Position numbers and translations under genes: made by a program. 40,832 nt of DNA from a virus. Numbering within the stretch: position 1 is the stretch's first letter; each line of letters begins with the position of its first letter. Under the pieces are notes generated by a model, which saw nothing but the letters and a program-made list of their open reading frames with translations, ran no database searches and was not told where the DNA came from. The stretch spans positions 1-40,832 of the IMG/VR virus record IMGVR_UViG_3300024268_000164, one strand, 5' to 3'. Below, piece after piece: positions 39,441-40,832 of this stretch.

Positions 39441-39442
39441 AA

Positions 39443-40351
39443 TTATTTGATTCTGATTTTCTGCCCAACATAGATTCTATTGGGATTTTTAATGCCATTG
39501 ATTTTGGCAAGTTCCTGATATGTGGTGCCGTACTGCTCGGCAATCTCTGCAAGGGTATCATCCTGCTTTACCGTGTAATACTTCACCTTTTCATCATCTT
39601 CCAACATTGCATTGACAATGGCCTGAACTGCTTCATAGTCATATCCGGCAGTGGTCAGGTTGTTTTCCCTTTCAATGCCTACACCCCACAGGCCAAGAAT
39701 GACTTCTTCAGCAAGTTCTTCATTGCTCTTTGCCGGTGCTTCTGTCTTTGTTACATTTCCGCTGATTTCACCGGGAAAATCTCTGTAACAGATATTCACA
39801 TCCACATTTCCATTGATTCCGGGAATGGAACCCTTGGAAGTGTACTGCCACATGTCATAGGTGCCACTGATGCCTGTGGGCTTGTTCTTGCTGTACTTTG
39901 CAACCCACTTGGTGTACCGGTCAAGGCCATTCTTCAGATAGACACCCCACCAATTCTGATTTGCATATATACCGCACCAATACCCTTCTTCTTCAATCAT
40001 GGTGCAAAATACATGTGCCCTTTCAACAGCACCATTCTGTGTGCCCTGTTCTTCCAGGTCATAATATACTGGGAAGGAAAGCTTGCCCTTGTAAGGTTCC
40101 AACAGTCTAAGAACATGCAGTGCTTCACTCTTTGCCCCTGCCATTGTCTTTGCGTATGAATACAGATAAACACCAAAAGGAATGCCATGCTTGATGCAGG
40201 CTTCCACATTCTCTTTGAATCTCGGATCATCCTGACTTCTGATGTCTGAACCAAAACCACACCGGATGATTGCACCATCAATGTGGTCCTTTACCTTTGC
40301 CCAATTGATTGTGCCCTGATGCTTTGACACATCAATCACTTTCATTTCCAC
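39443..40351 (-). CDS. Endolysin: GH25 muramidase + CW_7-like repeat + LysM
   Basis: [26 protein letters not shown] matches GH25. [33 protein letters not shown] matches CW_7. [30 protein letters not shown] matches LysM. Confidence 0.9.
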   Translation of the reverse strand: MEMKVIDVSKHQGTINWAKVKDHIDGAIIRCGFGSDIRSQDDPRFKENVEACIKHGIPFGVYLYSYAKTMAGAKSEALHVLRLLEPYKGKLSFPVYYDLEEQGTQNGAVERAHVFCTMIEEEGYWCGIYANQNWWGVYLKNGLDRYTKWVAKYSKNKPTGISGTYDMWQYTSKGSIPGINGNVDVNICYRDFPGEISGNVTKTEAPAKSNEELAEEVILGLWGVGIERENNLTTAGYDYEAVQAIVNAMLEDDEKVKYYTVKQDDTLAEIAEQYGTTYQELAKINGIKNPNRIYVGQKIRIK

Positions 40352-40542
40352 TATGATTCACCCCCTTTTGTGATGCTATCCTTGGCCACCTGTGTGCCAA
40401 AGTAGAATGAAATAATCATTGTGTAAATGGTCAGGAATTCTGTTTCCAACTGTCCAACAACAGCCAAATAACAGAACACACCGGTCAATGCAAATGTGAC
40501 AATGGATTTCACTGTCAATAACTTCTGCATTCTCTCTTTCAT
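40351..40542 (-). CDS. Holin (63 aa, two TM segments)
   Basis: TM segments [19 protein letters not shown] and [14 protein letters not shown] with a charged C-terminus. Overlaps the endolysin start. Confidence 0.75.
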   Translation of the reverse strand: MKERMQKLLTVKSIVTFALTGVFCYLAVVGQLETEFLTIYTMIISFYFGTQVAKDSITKGGES

Positions 40543-40574
40543 TTCACATACCCCTTTCTTTGTTTTTTTGCATA

Positions 40575-40832
40575 TTAAAAGGCACCCTTTTGGGATGCCT
40601 TCAAATACTTCTTTTGATAATCTTCAAAATCCTTGGCCTTGTCCAAGCCATGATATGCTGCCCTTTTCTTCAGGGTTTCCAATTCTTCATCATCAAGTGC
40701 CCATCTTGCCCTTTGAAGCAATGCACACCGGCAATTGCAATCTTCTTCTGCCCTGCCGAATGCACCCGGATAATCTGCTTTCATTCCTGATACTTCAAAG
40801 GATTCACCCACTTCCCGAATTTGTCCGTCAAG
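40575..40832 (-). CDS. C-terminal part of the MuF-family minor head protein (same gene as 1..817; 40706..40832 duplicates 1..127)
   Basis: ...DYPGAFGRAEEDCNCRCALLQRARWALDDEELETLKK... with the stop at 40575. The track's GTG start is internal to the real gene. Confidence 0.85.
   Translation of the reverse strand, partial: LDGQIREVGESFEVSGMKADYPGAFGRAEEDCNCRCALLQRARWALDDEELETLKKRAAYHGLDKAKDFEDYQKKYLKASQKGAF
40706..40832. repeat. Right copy of the exact 127-nt terminal overlap
   Basis: Identical to 1..127. Confidence 0.97.

Larger units (their letters stand above)
1..40705. mobile_element. Complete temperate siphovirus-type phage genome, one circular unit, excised (attP) form
   Basis: Full packaging, head, tail, lysis, lysogeny and replication gene set. 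Integrase lies next to an intact arm-site array. The window ends overlap by 127 nt and one gene reads across the junction. Confidence 0.9.

Noticed and set aside
40579-40600. Hairpin overlapping the MuF stop codon as a terminator upstream of the holin
   Set aside because: The stem is bulged and the downstream T-run is only about 4 nt, partly inside the stem. It is too weak to call as a terminator, so I mention it only as context for the displaced lysis cassette.

Overview
The window is one complete, circularly closed genome (unit length about 40,705 bp) of a temperate siphovirus-type phage. Nt 1-127 are repeated exactly at 40706-40832. Gene content and SD-type ribosome-binding sites suggest a low-GC Gram-positive, Clostridia-like host. 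An integrase sits next to an intact attP-like arm-site array, so this is the excised form, not an integrated prophage.

Nearly all genes are on the minus strand. Reading in the direction of transcription:
- Lysis/lysogeny switch (17.3-18.1 kb), followed by the early operon: Cro-like, Xis-like HTH, secreted 3D-domain protein, Rad52-like annealase, NinB/Orf, HNH-like, radical SAM, SSB, MazF-fold protein, resolvase, replisome organizer, sigma-r4/DUF1492-like regulator, NrdR-like zinc ribbon, DUF5664-like, YopX, 2x DUF551.
- ParB-DUF4417 and two GGRGA-motif genes.
- terS, terL, portal and a MuF minor head gene that wraps the junction.
- An oddly placed holin plus GH25 endolysin cassette.
- Scaffold, capsid, connectors, tail tube, and G/GT chaperones with a -1 frameshift.
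- Two tandem tape-measure genes, two tail-tip/fibre sets, and a membrane-anchored coiled-coil protein.

The plus strand carries only the XRE repressor, the integrase and one micro-ORF.

Most interesting observations:
1. Two unannotated paralogous ~32-aa micro-ORFs in inverted orientation bracket the lysogeny cassette. Each sits beside an HTH regulator.
2. A second, LexA/CI-like regulator has an operator-like site that recurs almost exactly upstream of the scaffold-capsid operon.
3. An AT-rich gene of unknown function lies next to attP.
4. A GGRGA-motif gene pair, one member with a JAB-type HxH..S..D motif, sits upstream of terS.
5. Promoter-then-terminator leaders precede the late genes.
6. 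The integrase carries arm-binding-like domains at both termini.
7. A phased T-tract/iteron array lies in the early operon.

All family assignments come from motif recognition by eye, not database searches.
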